A stretch of DNA of 64,000 nucleotides from an uncultured delta proteobacterium (lineage in GTDB: Bacteria > Desulfobacterota > Syntrophia > Syntrophales > Smithellaceae). The stretch spans positions 2,328,758-2,392,757 of the forward strand of contig CAWEQT010000001.1 of NCBI GenBank assembly GCA_963811325.1, written 5' to 3'. A model generated the notes under the pieces. The model was not told the origin of the DNA, did not search any database, and saw nothing but the letters and a program-made list of their open reading frames with translations. Every line of letters starts with the position of its first letter. The first letter of the stretch is position 1. A program made the translations under genes and the position numbers. Shown here piece by piece: positions 63,732 to 64,000 of the stretch.

Positions 63732-64000
63732 ATGAGACGAATTTTTTACGTTTTGTATGCAACGCTGTTTTTCTCGCTCATTGTGCCTTCTACATGCCCG
63801 GCTGCAGATAATTCAATGAATCTGGGTTCACTGTTGCCAATCTGGTCGATTCTTCCATTTGCCGGCATTTTGTTCTCTATAGCTTTGATTCCCTTACTTG
63901 CGCCCCATTTTTGGGGTCATCATTTCATGAAAATTTCGGCATTTTGGGCTTTGGTTTTTGCCGTGCCGTTTCTGTATTTTTTCCGGGAAGTTGCCATCCA
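63732..64000 (+). CDS. 5' part of a polytopic transporter gene (NhaD/ArsB-type ion transporter-like), runs off the right edge
   Basis: MRRIFYVLYATLFFSL...SILPFAGILFSIALIPLLAPHFWGHHFMKISAFWAL... resembles the N-terminus of NhaD-type antiporters. Open to the window end. Confidence 0.5.
   Translation, partial: MRRIFYVLYATLFFSLIVPSTCPAADNSMNLGSLLPIWSILPFAGILFSIALIPLLAPHFWGHHFMKISAFWALVFAVPFLYFFREVAI

Overview
This is a 64-kb chromosomal window of low-to-moderate GC. Gene content and synteny look like a Desulfobacterota (deltaproteobacterial sulfate-reducer type) genome, but that is inference only. All functional calls come from motifs I recognise in the supplied translations, because no database search was possible.

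The backbone is housekeeping: uvrA; mfd followed by two SurA-like PPIases; xseA-xseB-ispA-dxs-tlyA-ispH; a NifU-like gene plus a small ferredoxin; and tmk-holB-PSP1-metG.

Interspersed accessory blocks:
- Two GT-C-type membrane proteins (one TPR-fused) plus a DUF1566 protein at the left end.
- A HEAT-repeat/HD-GYP gene pair, a PilZ gene, and a J-domain protein with MshEN-like repeats.
- A TetR-linked cluster of a 4-hydroxybutyryl-CoA-dehydratase-like gene, an SDR and an isochorismatase.
- A B12 acyl-CoA mutase operon: ICM-type large subunit, B12 subunit, MeaB, CobO and MaoC.

Stand-out observations:
1. A tRNA-Sec gene and, 8 kb away, an FmdE-family gene with an in-frame TGA where the family normally has Cys (candidate selenoprotein).
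2. Three copies of a 125-bp element with 20-bp terminal inverted repeats, each inserted between a stop codon and the next start inside an operon.
3. IspH fused to a UbiA-like membrane domain.
4. holB interrupted at a G10 run.
5. An orphan tRNA 3' fragment flanked by a recurring tandem GGWGTGTCC motif.
6. Gene relics: moeA with an internal deletion, an abfD-like N-terminal stub, and a start-less 99-codon open stretch.
7. Small accessory genes bracketed by degenerate REP-like repeats.

I saw no CRISPR array, rRNA, transposase or recognisable defence system.
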